Shown: positions 62,948 through 64,000 of the stretch, piece by piece
Layout: the number at the start of each line of letters is the position of its first letter
Position numbering within the stretch: the first letter of the stretch is position 1
Source: Burkholderiales bacterium
Lineage (GTDB): Bacteria; Pseudomonadota; Gammaproteobacteria; Burkholderiales; JAHFRG01
NCBI GenBank assembly: GCA_035624615.1
Contig: DASPRE010000054.1
Coordinates: 9,584 to 73,583 of the forward strand
Length of the DNA: 64,000 nucleotides
Reading direction: 5' to 3'
Translations under genes and position numbers: made by a program
Notes under the pieces: generated by a model
Told to the model about the DNA's origin: nothing
What the model saw: only the letters and a program-made list of their open reading frames with translations
Databases searched by the model: none

Positions 62948-63005
62948 TTCTAGTAAATTGCCAGCCCGAAAGAGAAGACGCGGTAGTCTACCATTAGACA
63001 AGCAT

Positions 63006-63734
63006 CTACAGGTTAAGTTGGACTTCCCTCTCCTGTGGCGAAGGCTCGAAACCACGTTTTTCATAATGATGGAAAATTGCCTCCACCACCGCTTTGGGCT
63101 CATTTATGACATGAATGAGATGCATATCCTCGGCATCAATCATTTCTTCGGCGACCAGCGTATGCTTGAACCAGTCCAGCATGCCGCGCCAAAATGGTTC
63201 ATGGACCAGGATGATCGGCATTTTGCGCGTTTTGCCGGTCTGTACCAGTGTGAGGGCCTCCATTAATTCATCCAGCGTGCCAAATCCGCCGGGCAGCACC
63301 ACGTACGCCGTGGCAAATTTGACAAACATTACCTTGCGCGCAAAGAAATGCTGAAATGTCTGGCTGATATCCTGGTACGCATTACTGCGCTGCTCGTGCG
63401 GGAGCTGAATGTTCAAGCCAACGCTCGGACTGGTACCGAAAAAAGCGCCTTTATTGGCGGCTTCCATGATGCCGGGCCCGCCGCCGGAAATCACGCTGAA
63501 ACCCGCATCAGACAGTTGCCGTGCGATAGCTTCGCCAAGCTTGTAATAGGGATGCTCCGGCGTGCTGCGCGAGCTGCCGAATATGCTTACCGCAGGACGA
63601 ATCGCCCTCAAGCGTTCGGTTGCTTCCACAAATTCTGACATAATTGCAAATACGCGCCAGGATTCGCGAGCCGACCACGTTTTTTCAAGAAACTCCGGGG
63701 TTATTGATTGCTGCAATTTCTCTGGAAGGTCCAT
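63006..63734 (-). CDS. LOG-family (TIGR00730) nucleotide 5'-monophosphate nucleosidase
   Basis: GGGPGIMEAANKGA and PGGFGTLDEL motifs. The internal ATG at 63734 was chosen as the start. Confidence 0.85.
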   Translation of the reverse strand: MDLPEKLQQSITPEFLEKTWSARESWRVFAIMSEFVEATERLRAIRPAVSIFGSSRSTPEHPYYKLGEAIARQLSDAGFSVISGGGPGIMEAANKGAFFGTSPSVGLNIQLPHEQRSNAYQDISQTFQHFFARKVMFVKFATAYVVLPGGFGTLDELMEALTLVQTGKTRKMPIILVHEPFWRGMLDWFKHTLVAEEMIDAEDMHLIHVINEPKAVVEAIFHHYEKRGFEPSPQEREVQLNL

Positions 63735-63785
63735 TTTAAAAATCCGTTTAATGAATTCAAAGTTTAGTTTGTAAGACGTGCCGAA

Positions 63786-64000
63786 ATGAAAAGCGCTTCC
63801 CAAAATTGCGGAACGGAACGCGTCACGCCTTCAAGCGGCAGCAAGACGCTGCTTTTGGTTGACGGTTCCTCGTATCTGTACCGCGCATTTCACGCGCTGC
63901 CCGATTTGCGCAGCAGCCGGGGCGAGCCTACGAATGCGATTCACGGCGTGCTCAACATGCTGCGCCGCCTGCGCAAAGAATACAAGGCAGATTATATCGC
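63786..64000 (+). CDS. polA: DNA polymerase I (N-terminal 5'-3' exonuclease domain; partial, runs off the window)
   Basis: Own translation: [71 protein letters not shown]..., the canonical PolA N-terminus. Confidence 0.85.
   Translation, partial: MKSASQNCGTERVTPSSGSKTLLLVDGSSYLYRAFHALPDLRSSRGEPTNAIHGVLNMLRRLRKEYKADYI

Overview
This 64 kb window is a gene-dense chromosomal segment with about 60 CDS and no rRNA, tRNA, CRISPR, transposase or integrase. Gene content and synteny suggest a betaproteobacterium, possibly a chemolithoautotroph of the Nitrosomonadales type (stand-alone phosphoribulokinase, sigma54-driven porin-glnK-amtB, roughly 53-55% GC by eye). That taxonomic call is inference only. 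Most genes are housekeeping: mreBCD, gatCAB, pyrE, xthA, ampG, metXW, an incomplete PTS (EI/HPr/EIIA-Man) behind gshAB, ubiK, comM, metH, mscL, a pot-like ABC importer, the ubi accessory cluster, an osmoprotectant ABC system, lpdA, proA-holA-lptE-leuS, prk, uvrD, thrB and polA. Five things deserve a second look. (1) A B12-domain radical SAM protein with a C-terminal CCAEP tail and an ATP-grasp ligase sit inside the ubiE-Tim44-ubiJ-ubiB operon and appear translationally coupled to it. (2) An ECF sigma/anti-sigma pair is surrounded by three copies of a GGGAATA-N17-GTAATAC promoter-like motif. The motifs precede the sigma gene, a small secreted protein, and a Tat-exported metallophosphoesterase plus cupredoxin. 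(3) A promoter, a mini-ORF and an intrinsic terminator lie immediately upstream of metH and match no riboswitch I recognise. (4) A structured intergenic repeat lies downstream of metH, and I recognise it from other betaproteobacterial genomes. (5) A 533-aa orphan protein has a possible PilZ-like C-terminus. All family assignments come from reading the translated sequences; no searches were run.
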